Below, one piece after another: positions 12,686-24,999 of a stretch of DNA of 64,000 bases. The stretch covers positions 32,001-96,000 of the forward strand of contig CAVSMN010000021.1 in NCBI GenBank assembly GCA_963729045.1. The letters run 5' to 3'. The position numbers and the translations under genes are program-made. Position 1 is the stretch's first letter, and every line of letters starts with the position of its first letter. The DNA comes from an uncultured Nitrososphaeraceae archaeon (GTDB lineage: Archaea > Thermoproteota > Nitrososphaeria > Nitrososphaerales > Nitrososphaeraceae). The notes under the pieces are model-generated. The model worked only from the letters and a program-made list of their open reading frames with translations, had not been told where the DNA came from and ran no database searches.

Positions 12686-12779
12686 TATTTGACAGTAATA
12701 TAAGTGAATAATGTGTATCAGAAACAAACAATGGCAAAGACCAAACTGACTCGCTTAATAGCTGGAGTTAGTGAAAGAA

Positions 12780-13072
12780 ACATAATGCAAATGAATATTT
12801 GGATTGTGATAGATATTTAGCCTGAAATTTTCAAAGCCACAACTTCCAGACGATTCTACCGATGACAGTTTTGAGGATATAAGCAGAGTCGTGAATACAA
12901 ATAGTCCATCTTCAGTATCGTATTATTCATCTTTATTCGAAGGTTTTTGGGAACAGGCAAAACTCTACGAAAGGACAAAAGAAGAACTGGACACCACCAA
13001 AGACGAATTGACAAAGATGAAGGACTATATATAGACAATTGCAAAAGAACTCTCGATTATGTCAGAAGATAG
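12780..13072 (+). pseudogene. Remnant of a thaumarchaeal sensor/histidine-kinase-associated domain
   Basis: DDSTDDSFEDISRVVNTNSPSSVSYYSSLFEGFWEQAKLYE plus a coiled coil resembles segments preceding HisKA domains in Nitrososphaerales (recalled similarity). No clear start. Confidence 0.35.
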
Positions 13073-13238
13073 AATGGGTTAATTTTAATAGGAAATAAGA
13101 TAAATTTTGTTATCAATTTGGCTTCAGTTGAATATGATTGTTCCTCTATTTGAATTTCACAGAATGGACAACAGACTATATCTTAATTATGAAGTTTTGG
13201 ATATGAGAACATGGTAGCAATAGATATTTTTTTATTGA

Positions 13239-14100
13239 ATGAAGTCACCAAAATTGGCAATGAGGTTCGAGTTTCCCAAAGGCGTAGCCGTGGATGCTTC
13301 AGGTTATGTGTACGTAGCTGACGATGCGAATCATCGTATTCAGAAATCTGATAGCAATGGAAATTTTAGAAAAGAATGGGGAGAAGAAGGCTCTGACAAA
13401 GGAGAGTTCAAGTTTCCCAAAGGCGTAGCCGTGGATACATTCAGGCTATTTGTACGTAGCTGATGATGGCAACTGCCGTGTCCAAAAGTTTGACAGCAAT
13501 GGCAACTTCATTGGTGAATGGGGACGCAAAGGCTCTGACAAAGGAGAGTTCAAGTTTCCCAAAGGCGTAGCCGTGGATACATCTGGCTATGTGTATGTAA
13601 CTGACGACGAAAATCATCGTGTTCAAAAGTTTGACAGCAATGGCAACTTCATTACAACGTGGGGTTCAGAGGGTTCGAGAGATGGTCAACTTAAGCATCC
13701 TTATGGGATTCGAGTTGACTCCAATGGCTATGTGTACGTAGCTGACGATGCGAATCATCGTGTTCAAAAGTTTGACAGCAATGGCAACTTCATTGGTGAA
13801 TGGGGACGCAAAGGCTCTGACAAAGGAGAGTTCAAGTTTCCCAAAGGCGTAGCCGTGGATACTTCAGGCTATTTGTACGTAGCTGATGATGGCAACTGCC
13901 GTGTTCAAAAGTTTGACAGCAATGGCAACTTCATTGGTGAATGGGGACGCAAAGGCTCTGACAAAGGAGAGTTCAAGTTTCCCAAAGGCGTAGCCGTGGA
14001 TACATCTGGCTATGTGTATGTAACTGACGACGAAAATCATCGTGTTCAAAAGTTTGACAGCAATGGCAACTTCATTGGTGAATGGGGAAGACGCGATTGA
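13239..14100 (+). CDS. NHL-repeat six-bladed beta-propeller protein (1-nt insertion ~13440)
   Basis: Six copies of F.FPKGVAVD.SGY.YV.DD.N.RVQKFDSNGNFI.EWG. Confidence 0.9.
13266..14088 (+). repeat. 141-nt tandem repeat x6 with 423-nt higher-order period
   Basis: For example TTGTACGTAGCTGATGATGGCAACTGCCGTG occurs at both 13450 and 13873. Confidence 0.9.
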
Positions 14101-14459
14101 CAATGTGATTTAATCATAATCACAAAAAATAAAATATGTCTAAAACAAAAATTATCATTTAACTATAAGTCTAGAATGTTAAAATCCTAAACGTAACCTC
14201 CGGACCCGTTACCTGTCCTGATCCATTTTATAGTTTTTATTTATATTTTCTTGATATTGGATTCTAAATATACCAAAGTATTGCAGTAAGGTTATTGAAC
14301 CCCTTTACCTACACAACTCTAATCCATTTGTGGCCAGTCCAATAATAGTAAAACATTTATCATCATTAGCAAAACAATAAGGAACTGCTTAATTTAAAAG
14401 TAAATTAATTGACTATAATTTGGTCACATAGTTTTTCATTTATGTAAATTGGTTAAATT

Positions 14460-14491
14460 GAGTCAAATTTGTTTCACATATCCGAACCCGC
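14460..14491 (+). repeat. Dispersed motif copy (module D)
   Basis: GAGTCAAATTTGTTTCACATATCCGAACCCGC. Confidence 0.7.
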
Positions 14492-14552
14492 ATCAATTTT
14501 GGTTTCTCACTTCTTGCATGAACCAGATCTTACCACATATCAAAATTTAGCA

Positions 14553-14789
14553 TTAATTAGTCAACCCGTTGAATATCGTATTAAGTATTGTTCGGTAGGA
14601 TTTTATTTCAATATACTTTGGTTCAGGACCAGAGATTTGTGAAACGAATTTGACATCAAGAATGGAATCCGCTAAAAATATTATTACGGTATTAATCACT
14701 ACCCTGTTCCGAATTACTATTTGACATTGTTGAGCAATCCCTTTTTGAAAAAATTTGTACTTAATCTCAACTCTATCAACCAGTCTCAC
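14553..14789 (-). CDS. Hypothetical protein
   Basis: 78-aa ORF only; no motif. Confidence 0.25.
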   Translation of the reverse strand: MRLVDRVEIKYKFFQKGIAQQCQIVIRNRVVINTVIIFLADSILDVKFVSQISGPEPKYIEIKSYRTILNTIFNGLTN

Positions 14790-15290
14790 CTATTGGAGTA
14801 GATGGAATTTGAATATAATATTAAAAGTCAAATATTTGTGGATCCATACTATGATCTAAACCTAACATATTTACTTGTACCCAATAATATTCACCCAACC
14901 TGTTATTTATGAAATTCTTCCTTACACAAATTCGATTTAGAAAAATATTTATTTCCTTTTCGCTCATGTTAGTTAACACACTTTTCTTTGGGATTAAAAA
15001 GGCCCCCGGATATCTTAAAATTGAGATAGCTTGTAATGCGATGGACTTGTTTTTAAAGAGTTTTTTCAGTGACCCCACACACAAAGAATTGCACACATGA
15101 AAAACATCTAAAGTTTGAAAAAGTTTGTGAAAATATAAATAGAGTTTTGCAAATGTCAGACAAGAAATAAACATGTCTTCAATTTAGATATATACTGGCT
15201 TGTTACAAATGGATAAGCAATGTACGGATAAATATTTCAGCGAACGTTGCTCCTACCATAATTTAAAGTAAGCTGGATGAAATATTTCCT

Positions 15291-15680
15291 CTATCTTACC
15301 TTAAATTGGCCACGCGGAGGCAATTCCTGAAGTGTCCAAGCGTTGCCATCAGGATCATTAAAACGAATGAACTTCCCCCAAGCTTGTACATCGACGTCAG
15401 TAACATCCACTCCGCGCTTTACAAGTTCATCATTAGCGGCCTGAGCATCCTTGACTACCATTTGTAAACCTTTAATGCTACCAGGTTTCATATTCTCGGC
15501 AATGCCAATCCCAAAACAAATTGAACAGGCAGACCCAGGAGGTGTCATTTGAACAAAACGTAGCTTTTCGTTCACGGTATGGTCATGGTCTAAGTTAAAA
15601 CCTATTTTATCTTTATAAAAATCAAGTGCACGATCCACATCAGTTACTGGAATTGCAATCAATTCAAGTTTCATTTCCAT
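15291..15680 (-). CDS. VOC/glyoxalase/bleomycin-resistance family protein
   Basis: IPVTDVDRALDFYKDKIGF, RFVQMTPPGSACSI, WGKFIRFNDPDGNAWTLQE. Confidence 0.92.
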   Translation of the reverse strand: MEMKLELIAIPVTDVDRALDFYKDKIGFNLDHDHTVNEKLRFVQMTPPGSACSICFGIGIAENMKPGSIKGLQMVVKDAQAANDELVKRGVDVTDVDVQAWGKFIRFNDPDGNAWTLQELPPRGQFKVR

Positions 15681-16800
15681 CAACAATCCACCCAACACTA
15701 TATGTAAACAAGACAATACTCAAATACTGGTTGGTCAGATGAGTTCTTTGAATAGATATCCATGAATATCTATTATATATCCATGAATAAAAAGATGCGG
15801 TAGTATTGATTTTGATATGACACCATTTCCTTCTCATATCGGGATTTTTGCGGGGAGGAATGTAAAATATTAATTGAGTATCATACCTTGTTGATTGTTC
15901 TTGAAACATTGGAGAGTCGGAGTGCATGTTTCCGTTATCTAATTATATTGCCACGTTACTACCAAAGTTTAATTGAATCAGGATGTTCATGTTGTTACAA
16001 AACCTGATTTTCCTTCGGTTCGACAACAAAGAAAACATTTCTAAATAAATATAATCAAACTGTTTTTGTAAGTCAGGAGGATAATAGATATTCTAGGTGA
16101 TACTGTAAAACCCACACTCTTAAAACTATTTGAGTCAACTCTATTGAAATTAGAATAGATGGTGCTTTATGACTATAATATCAAATACGAAAAAAATGAT
16201 ATTAGATCTTATAGTGGAAAAGAAACAAAAGGTGTTAACTAAGTCAATTTTAGCGAAAATCACAATAGGAGGTGATTCTAATCTTATCGAGAGAGAAAAA
16301 TGAAGACAATCATGAAATTGAACCATTAATGATTTCCGTCCTGCCTATCATATCAGCTCAAACAAAGTGGAATTGTTTTAGAGATTGAGGACCTTTTTCA
16401 ATTACTCTTATCGAAGGAAACGAATTTCATGACAAGTGTTATTTCCACTCGAAAAAGACAAAAAAATCCACAATGGGTTTTAAACCTATTCTTGATTTTA
16501 TTTAATTCCAGAATCAGGATATAGTCCAAAACTAATGGTGGCACCTAAAGAAAGCATCAAAAAAAACAATCAAGTAATTTTGTGAAGCAACGATTATCCT
16601 CATTTGACGGATAGAAATTTCGAAGAGACTACATAGAGGGAAAAGTTGCCTAGAGTTTCATGCTCCTACAATTGAAGAAGTGAGGAGGCCTATTCGTTGC
16701 TATCCCGATAGGCGTATTCGTTCAATCGTGATTGTAATGACATGGAATCTATTTAATATGGGTCATATATCTCCAATTAGGACCTAATATCATTTTGATC

Positions 16801-16808
16801 TTTATATA
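16801..16808 (+). promoter_or_regulatory. Archaeal TATA box for a probably leaderless transcript
   Basis: TTTATATA located 28-21 nt upstream of ATG 16829. Confidence 0.55.
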
Positions 16809-16828
16809 CGAAGTTATCATAACATAAT

Positions 16829-18209
16829 ATGCAAGTTGCTGTAAGATTTAATGGAGTACTTCCAAATGTCTCTGAGTTAGGAGAAGAAGAAATCTCTGAA
16901 AGAACCTTCAAAGTAATGAAGCAGAATATCGCATCAAACACGTCTTGTTCTATTTTTTCAAAAAATGAACATAATGAAAATACATCTCATGTACTTGTGG
17001 ATGTTGGCCGTGGAGTAGTCCAAAGCATTGAGCGAGGATTCTCTAGTCTTGAATTCAAATCATCATCTTTACCAGACCCCCATCTTCCTAACGCAATTTT
17101 GATAACTCATTCACATGATGATCATATTGCAGATCTTCCAGCCTTAATAGAAAAAATTACTAATAGTTCCAAGAATTTACAGATTTTCTGTACCTGAAGA
17201 ATGCTATACACAGATTGTTCAAAAGTTTCCCCAACTTTCATCTATTATTTCATCCAATCCCTCTTCTGTAATAAACAATAATGCTGTTTCAGTTAATGTG
17301 ATACGTCCAAACAATATCTTTAACATTGATAATCTTTCGATAACTCCTATTTTGGCAAACCATGGTAGCGATACTCCTACTGGTTCAGTCATTTATGTAG
17401 TAGATACAGATAATATAAAAATGGTATTTGGATGGGATTTTCTTTCTCTAGTAGACGTAGACGAAAAGATACTCTGGAATCCTGATCTTGTTGTACTGGG
17501 GGCTCATAGCTATAATCCGCATCCAGAAACAGGAATGATCTCTGTTTCAGATGCTTACTCACTAATAAGACAATGGAATGCTAAAGATAGCTATATAGTG
17601 CATTATAGTGGGTTAGCAGATCTTGAGGATGCTAAAAATCAATGGTTTAGAGGACCTACAAAACCTATGACATCGGAGGAACTACAAAAGGTAATAGATT
17701 CTAGCGGTCCTATAACAGGTGCAGAAGATCATTATTCTTTTAAAATAATAGTAGCAAAGGAAGGAATGATATGGCATTCAAAAACACAATTTGAAGATTC
17801 CATGGAACAAAATGTTAGCAATGAAAAAATAGGAAATGAACTATTAATTGAAGGGCTTGAAAAATATGTATTGAAATTTGAGCATAATTCTATAGACAAT
17901 AATTTAAAAATTATGGTTGAAGATCGAATTAATAGACGCGATTTATCCTTTGTTAATCCACACAAAGATAGTAAATACGATAATATAGTTTATGCAGAGG
18001 CAGAGAAAGGAGGAATGATGACTCGTGGTCCAGAATTGAGAATGGAGGTAATGGATACAATTCCACAATCCTCGCAGTCACAAGAAGATTCTGCTGTTGT
18101 TAAAATACTTGCTTACAAAGGTAAAAAGGATGTTTATAGAAACGATATACGGATTAATAATTCAGACGCAGTAAGGTTGAAAAGATATCTTCAAGAAAAT
18201 TTAACATAA
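16829..18209 (+). CDS. MBL-fold metallo-hydrolase (PhnP/PqqB-like) with C-terminal extension, one frameshift ~17195
   Basis: LVDVG, ILITHSHDDH (HxHxDH), ANHG, FGWD, VHYSG. Removing 1 nt at ~17195 joins the two ORFs. Confidence 0.85.
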
Positions 18210-18555
18210 TATCCTAAGCAATTAATATATCAGAAAAGGTACCTATTTCTTTATACATGTCTATAGGTACGGAAAAGATATTCTATTTAATATATGAACA
18301 TTCCTTATAATATGAAACTTTTGAGCAATAGTTAATTGGTCTATTTTATTGATAGTAATCTTAAAGTAAAAATTTAAGAGATCAATAAACTTATCGACCA
18401 TACGATGTTTACAAAACAATGAATTATGATATCTATGATGTAAAATAGTGATTTGTTGACATTATTATCGATGAATCTCTTGCTATAGACACAACAATGT
18501 ATTTCAAAGCGGATATCACATACTAATTCAATTCAATACTCAAATTAAAAAATAA

Positions 18556-18586
18556 GGACAAATTTGTTTCATATACCGCCTAACCC
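18556..18586 (+). repeat. Dispersed motif copy (module D)
   Basis: GGACAAATTTGTTTCATATACCGCCTAACCC. Confidence 0.65.
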
Positions 18587-18849
18587 ATATCAGATCTGTA
18601 ATGGATATTTGTATAATCTGATGAGAATGGCAGCAGCCCTAGAATGTCTGATTTGAACACTTTAGATGAACTAGTTTATTAAGCAAGTATTTCGGCTAAA
18701 GATAAATCAAAAGCTACGTCACGACAATTGAAGCATATAACTATCACTTTTGCTTTCACTTTAAAGCAATTACAGTGATTTTTCAGACGAGGGCTTAACT
18801 AGGAAGGATTAATTGACCGATCTGATTGAGTTCATGAAAGATTTACAAA

Positions 18850-20350
18850 ATGAGATGCGAGAACCCTGTCATGAATCAGATACTCGATGCTTATAAACCG
18901 ATGTGGTCGCTAAAACATGCCATTTCTCTAATGGGTTGGGACTTTGAAACTTATATGCCTAGAGAAGGGGCAGAAGAGAGGGGAGTGGCCGATTCTCAGC
19001 TTCACATGATGCATAAAGATCTTCTGCTAAAGAAAGATTTTAGTGGTCTTGTTGAGTCAGCGAAGAAACTGAGGAGCCTTAGTGACTTTGAGAAGGGAAT
19101 TGTACCAGGTACTTGATAGGGAAATAACTAAGCAGGTCAAGATACCCAAAGAATTGACTGAAGCAGAATCTTTGGTAAGGATAAGGGGAAATATGGCATG
19201 GAGGGAAGCAAGGGCAAAATCTGCTTTTAAGATGTATGAACCGCACTTGAAGAAGATGATAGAAATAAAGAAGCAAATCGCTGCGAAGATAGGTTATGAA
19301 AAACATCCATATAATGCACTCTTAGATACATTCGAAGAGCAGCTTACCGTAAATGACTTGGATAAAATATTCGATGCATTAACCCCTCGTATTCAAACGC
19401 TTCTGAAAAAACTCGTAGATTCAAATAGCCCGTTCTGCAAAACGAACAAACTTGCAAAATCAAAATATGATATCAATAAAGTGAATGAACTCAATCACGA
19501 TATTTTGACTCTTCTGCAATACGACATGAAACGTTTCAGAATGGATATATCCACTCATCCTTTCACCGAGACTATGGGGCTAAACGATATCAGAATAACT
19601 ACTCGGTATGAAGGGATTGATTTCAAAAAGTCGATATTTAGTACCATTCATGAAGCTGGTCACGCATTGTACAATCTACAATGCGATCAATCATTGTCTT
19701 TTTCTCCCATTGAAGGAGGATCTTCACTTGGACTCCATGAATCTCAGTCAAGGTTTTGGGAGAACATTGTGTGCAGAAGTATGCCTTTTGTTCAATTGAT
19801 AAGTCCATTGATTAGAAAACAAATAGATTTCACAAACCAAACTACAGATGACGAATTATACCTTTATTTCAATAATGTCAAAGCTGACTATATACGAGTT
19901 GACGCCGATGAAGTTACTTACAATTTACATATAGCAATTAGGTATGAGATAGAGAAAAAAATATTTGGAGATGAGCTCAATGTATCTGAGATTCCTGAAT
20001 TCTGGAACGATAGAATGGAGCAGCTTCTTGGTGTGAGGCCAACTAAGGATTCAGAGGGAGTGCTTCAGGATACCCATTGGAGCAGCGGCCTTTTTGGGTA
20101 TTTCCCAACTTACACTCTGGGAAATTTGGTTTCAGCAATAATTGCTTCAAAGATGCGAAAAGATCTAGAAGACTCCGAGGAAGACATTAAGAGGGGTAAT
20201 TTTGATCCTATCAGAAAATGGTTAAGATTAAAAATACATCAGTATGGATCTGCTTTTGCTCCCAAAGTACTTCTTGATAAGAACCTAAATGAAGGATATA
20301 ACCCAGATTACTTTGTTAACTACCTTGAGACTAAATATCTTGGCTCCTGA
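18850..20350 (+). CDS. M32 carboxypeptidase (carboxypeptidase Taq family), one frameshift ~19105
   Basis: HPF, DIRITTRY, HEAGH zinc motif, HESQSRFWEN, IRVDADE, QDTHW, GYFPTYTLG. Confidence 0.95.
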
Positions 20351-20734
20351 ACCATTGTCTGGATGATATCTAGAATCCGACTCATTATCGGTTCAAATGA
20401 ATTGCAATGTTTAAACATGTATCCGGATAGAAGATGCTAATTCAGCCTAGTTGGAATTGAGTTTGCAGGTTGAAGCAAAATTCCAATATTGGCTACCGTT
20501 CTCTGATACCAATTAATGGAAATAATACTAATCATTGTTAAACTCAGTTTTGACTGTTACGGGATGGAACATGAAACTTGGAGCATTTCTTAGGATAATA
20601 GCGGATATTGTTGACAAGTTCCACAGGTTATCTTCTGTGGAAAATGATTGGATAAGTTCTTATGTAATCATTCAAGAAATATCAAGAAGCTGAGTCAGGA
20701 CTAGCATGTATACCTTGTGGGTGAACCAAAGTTT

Positions 20735-21062
20735 GTCACAAGTCACAACTGTCCGTGTTGTACCCGTCTCCAGATGGAGAATGACCCACCGTTACAGTCT
20801 CCACCACATTATTATTTTGGTCTACTACCGAAACTGAGCCCTAGAATTGATTCATCACATACGTATGCCCATTGTCCGCGTTAAAGACGACACCACTTGG
20901 ACGGTTCCCAACCGTTATAGTTACTATGACCTCATCCTGAGCTAGAACTTTAACTAAATCAGCAAATGAAACCGCTAAAACAGCAAATACAAAAAAGGTT
21001 AGAAAACAAAAGATAATGAAGTCAAGATCGAAAATGAACTTATTGTATACACAAATCTTCAT
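20735..21062 (-). pseudogene. YncE/YVTN-type beta-propeller fragment
   Basis: Signal peptide, then TITVGNRPSGVVFNADNGHTYVMN, an in-frame stop, and GSVSVVDQNNNVVETVTVGHSPSG before decay. Confidence 0.65.
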
Positions 21063-21254
21063 TTTGAACTGGCCACATAATAATGACTATTAATTTTACT
21101 TTTAGATGTTTCTTCTATATCACTTGATGTTGTTCTAATAGAATAAATTTGATTTCGTGGTCTGTGATCATCAAAAATATCAAAGTTATTTTGTTATAAC
21201 CTGTAACCACGGAATGATAATATTCCAGGATTTCAAAACTGAGTTGCAAATTCT

Positions 21255-21286
21255 GTCAAATTTGTTTCATCTACTATCTTACCCGC
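21255..21286 (+). repeat. Dispersed motif copy (module D, degenerate)
   Basis: GTCAAATTTGTTTCATCTACTATCTTACCCGC. Confidence 0.55.
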
Positions 21287-21531
21287 ATATTATGCGGGAA
21301 TATATGTCAGATATTCTTTATTATATTCGTCATGATGTAAGGAACTTTATTATTTTCATATTAACTGGAGATTAAATATATCTCTGGAAAATTAGAGATC
21401 ACAAAAAGAAATATTTAATTGTTGGACAATCTCTCATGTTTAAGCTTTATTCTAAAATCTTATCCAATCTAGTCAAATTACAAATCAGGCCAATAACTGT
21501 AAAATATTAGAACTCTGAATATTGAGTATCT

Positions 21532-21930
21532 GTGAATATTATGGATAGTCAAGGAAACGGAAAAAACAATATTAACAACAATAACACCAAAGATGAGCAA
21601 AACATGAACAACCCTAACCAGTTTAGATTGATTACGGATTGGTGGCAACAGAATTCGCCTATGGCTTGGGGTGAAATGTATAATGAATATATTGAATACA
21701 TTACGTCCATGACTGAAATATACAAAGAGTACATTAAGCGCTCAGAAAAAATGACCGAATTGTATAAAGAATTGGCAATAAATACCGAAAAAATGACTGA
21801 CCTGTATAAAGAGTCTGTTAAGAGTACCGAAAGAATGAGTAATCAATGGCTAAATAAATTTCCTAATCCTCTATTTTCAAAAGAACAAAGACCAGAAAAA
21901 CGGGTTAGTAAACTAAAAGATAAAAAATAA
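21532..21930 (+). CDS. Amphipathic helical protein with four 14-aa repeats (phasin-like candidate)
   Basis: MYNEYIEYITSMTE/IYKEYIKRSEKMTE/LYKELAINTEKMTD/LYKESVKSTERMSN. Confidence 0.65.
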   Translation: MNIMDSQGNGKNNINNNNTKDEQNMNNPNQFRLITDWWQQNSPMAWGEMYNEYIEYITSMTEIYKEYIKRSEKMTELYKELAINTEKMTDLYKESVKSTERMSNQWLNKFPNPLFSKEQRPEKRVSKLKDKK

Positions 21931-21966
21931 CTATGATTTGAAATTATTTACAAACAAACTTGAAAT

Positions 21967-22018
21967 ACTCATGTGGATATCCTTATGATTTCCACCGATC
22001 CAGATCTCTATGTTAGTA
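21967..22018 (+). repeat. Dispersed motif copy (modules A+C)
   Basis: ACTCATGTGGATATCCTTATGATTTCCACCGATCCAGATCTCTATGTTAGTA. Confidence 0.9.
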
Positions 22019-22312
22019 TTGATCAGGATTTTATTGCAAATACTACAAATTCAAGGTGGGATAGTAGCGAACTAAGACATAAAATTTTTCTTGTCCTTTC
22101 TCATCATTCAGGTAAATATAACCACTTCTTGTTGAAGATGGGGGCCATATGGTCAAGTTCTCCGATTATCAACGAAAAATTTGGTGGTCGGTCTCATGGT
22201 CAAATGTTCAAATGTCGAATTAATGTCAATTACTAACGTCCAAGGCAAATTTTCAAAAGCCCCGATTCAAACATGTCTTCTACCCTATCCGATATCGTTA
22301 CTTCGCCTGTAT

Positions 22313-22839
22313 CTATCTCCAATGCCACATAAGAAATGTACCTGTGCCATTTTTGTCGACTTGATCCTTGTAGATTCCTGCTGAATTGCTCGGAAATGAG
22401 AGTTCACCTGTAGCACCATCATCAAAAATTGCTATTCCGTTGCTATCAAAACTACCATCTGGGTTATAATTGCCAATCGCATAAAACTTATAAGTTGCTA
22501 TATCTTTATCATCAGTAACATATTTTGATTTTCCTTGGATGTAGGATGTGTCATTGTTTCTGAAAGTCTCAGTGCCATTTCCAGCTGCAGTTATGTTTAA
22601 TGTACCATTAATTAATCCCTCGCCTGTGAAACTTGCGGTAATACTGTTGTCTGTAGTTTTCGGCTTCCCTGCGGTAGTCTCATAATGTTCAACAAGAAAT
22701 GGGTTTCCCAAATTCAAAATTGAGATGTGTTGGTGTTATCAATGGCCTGGGTGTATTGTGTGATGGCGGCCATAGAAGAGAGGGTTACAAATCCAATAAT
22801 CAATGCTAAAGCACTATTGTTTTTGATTCTGAATTTCAT
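22313..22839 (-). CDS. Secreted beta-rich hypothetical protein (paralogue of 1511..2098), frameshift ~22720
   Basis: Signal peptide MKFRIKNNSALALIIGFVTLSSMAA from 22839 joins ORF 22313..22717. Confidence 0.75.
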
Positions 22840-23204
22840 ATCAATCTTTTTGATATAGTAGATTAATAAGTTTGCGTCGTATTTCAAGGAGGAATGCTGA
22901 AAATAATATTGATTATAAATTGGTAAATATTCCTTACTCTGTTGTTTGATGATTCTTTTGACAAAATCATGTTCAATATTCTAGTAACTAACTAAATCAT
23001 TCAGATTATAACAATTGAGAATCTATTTAACAACAAGAAATGGACTACAGAAATTTCCAGGCAATCAAACTTTAATCGCGGCTTATTTTCATATCTATAG
23101 ATTTTTTCTTATATTACAAAAACATGTCATATTTGTTACACTTACCCATGAAGCCATCTAGGGTAACTAATCTCAGGTATCTTGAGTAGGCTATCTGCCC
23201 AATG

Positions 23205-24758
23205 TCAGTCACTATGTCTCTTCGATATTTTCATTCTTATACCATTTTTTGGTCTGAGTGTTACTAGTGACTGTATTTTTATATTTACACTATCTTTCTC
23301 TTCAAGTGTAATCTTCCAATTATTGACAACATTTGCTAACACGATAATACCTTCAATCCAAGCTAATGGTTCTCCTATGCATGATCTAGGACCGCCACCA
23401 AAAGGAAAGTAGCAAAATCGTGGCATTGATGTTTTAAATTCTAAAGACCATCTTTCAGGAATAAACTTTTCAGGATCTGAAAAATACCTGACATCATGAT
23501 GCATTAGATATTGACTCATTATAATAACTGAGCCAGAAGGTATGGAATACTTTTCATTTAGAGAGTAATCCTGTATAGTCTGACGACCTATAGCCCAAGA
23601 AGGAGGGTAGAGTCTCATTGACTCCATCAAAACTTTTTCTGTATATTTTAATCTTGTTAAATCATCAACGGTGATAATTTTTCTGTTGCCCTCATCATCC
23701 TCTTTCTCCTTAAGTATGGTGTAAATTTCATCCAGAATTTTAGATTCAATCTTAGGATTACAAGATAATAGATACAAAGTCCATGTCAACGCATTAGCAG
23801 TCGTCTCATGCCCTGCTAAAAATATCGTCATTACTTCATCTCTAAGCTGTTTATCAGTCATTTTTGAAGTAGCTTTCTCTTGTTCTTTACCTTTCTCGAA
23901 TAATAATTGTTCGTCATTATCATTTACTTTTTTATCTGTTGAACCGATAAGAACAGAAAGAATATTTAATTCGTTTTCATATTTTTGGAAATTCTTTTGT
24001 TGTCCTAATTGAGTACCATTAGTTTTAGATTCATTTATTTTCTTGTTTTCATCAACAGGTGTTTTTTGACGTTGCAGATCAATTTTACTATAAATTGTAT
24101 TATCTAGTTCTTTTAAAGCCTCTTTATATTCCAAGGTTAAGGGTATAGGGAGTCTTTCAATAAATCTTAAAAATGGAAGTCTGAGTTTGTTAATATACTC
24201 TATAATTAGTGTAATATGATCACTAATTTTATCGATCTCATTTAATGTTATTGCATTTTTTCCAAATAGTAGTTTACTAATTATAGAGAGTGTTAATTTA
24301 GTCATTTCTTTATGGATATTTACTATCATTCCTTCTCTCCAGTTTGTATTTGTATATTCAATACAATGTTCTGTTATTATGTTTCCAAATGTCCTTACCT
24401 TGTCTTTGGTAAATGCTTGCTGGACCATTCTCCTTTGCTTTGAGTGACTTTCTCCCTCATTTGTTATTAACCCATTACCAATTACTCGTTTTGCTAACTG
24501 CAATCCTGGACTTTTAACAAAATTTTGATTATGTTTTACTAGAATATTCTCAATTAGATATGGGTCATTTATGAGATATACATGTAACTTTGGTCCAAAT
24601 TTAAAATGAGAAATATCGCCGTACCTAGTGGTGATTTCTTTTAGTATTGGTAAAGGATTTGATATGAATTTAAAAGCCAACCTGTAAGGAAATATCTCAC
24701 GTGGTCCTGGTGGATATACATGATCTGCATTTTTATTAGAAATTGACTTCACTTTCAT
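23205..24758 (-). CDS. Cytochrome P450
   Basis: AGHETT I-helix, ESMR (ExxR), PERW, FGGGPRSCIG heme-thiolate motif. Confidence 0.97.
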   Translation of the reverse strand: MKVKSISNKNADHVYPPGPREIFPYRLAFKFISNPLPILKEITTRYGDISHFKFGPKLHVYLINDPYLIENILVKHNQNFVKSPGLQLAKRVIGNGLITNEGESHSKQRRMVQQAFTKDKVRTFGNIITEHCIEYTNTNWREGMIVNIHKEMTKLTLSIISKLLFGKNAITLNEIDKISDHITLIIEYINKLRLPFLRFIERLPIPLTLEYKEALKELDNTIYSKIDLQRQKTPVDENKKINESKTNGTQLGQQKNFQKYENELNILSVLIGSTDKKVNDNDEQLLFEKGKEQEKATSKMTDKQLRDEVMTIFLAGHETTANALTWTLYLLSCNPKIESKILDEIYTILKEKEDDEGNRKIITVDDLTRLKYTEKVLMESMRLYPPSWAIGRQTIQDYSLNEKYSIPSGSVIIMSQYLMHHDVRYFSDPEKFIPERWSLEFKTSMPRFCYFPFGGGPRSCIGEPLAWIEGIIVLANVVNNWKITLEEKDSVNIKIQSLVTLRPKNGIRMKISKRHSD

Positions 24759-24970
24759 GAATTCTATTTATGTTTCAACATGCCAATGTATAATTATTTT
24801 TACGTGATTTAGTTATTTTTTGTGAAATATTCATATTATTTGATAACTTTTCGCTGGCGCCATTCGAGATTAATGGTATAAGGAGTTTCATTATATAGTT
24901 AGAAAGATGACGAAATATTCGCAGATCCGTAAATCATCTTCATCTAACCTCCCACTAACAAGTCCGTATT

Positions 24971-24999
24971 CCCACCGATTGCGCTACCTTATATAAGTA
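24971..24999 (+). repeat. Dispersed motif copy (core+C)
   Basis: CCCACCGATTGCGCTACCTTATATAAGTA. Confidence 0.5.

Noticed and set aside
13266..14088. DGR template/variable repeat pair
   Set aside because: The repeats are in-frame propeller blades, differences are not adenine-specific, and there is no reverse transcriptase nearby.
14821..15174. 117-aa minus-strand ORF
   Set aside because: No recognisable family or signal; cannot be supported.
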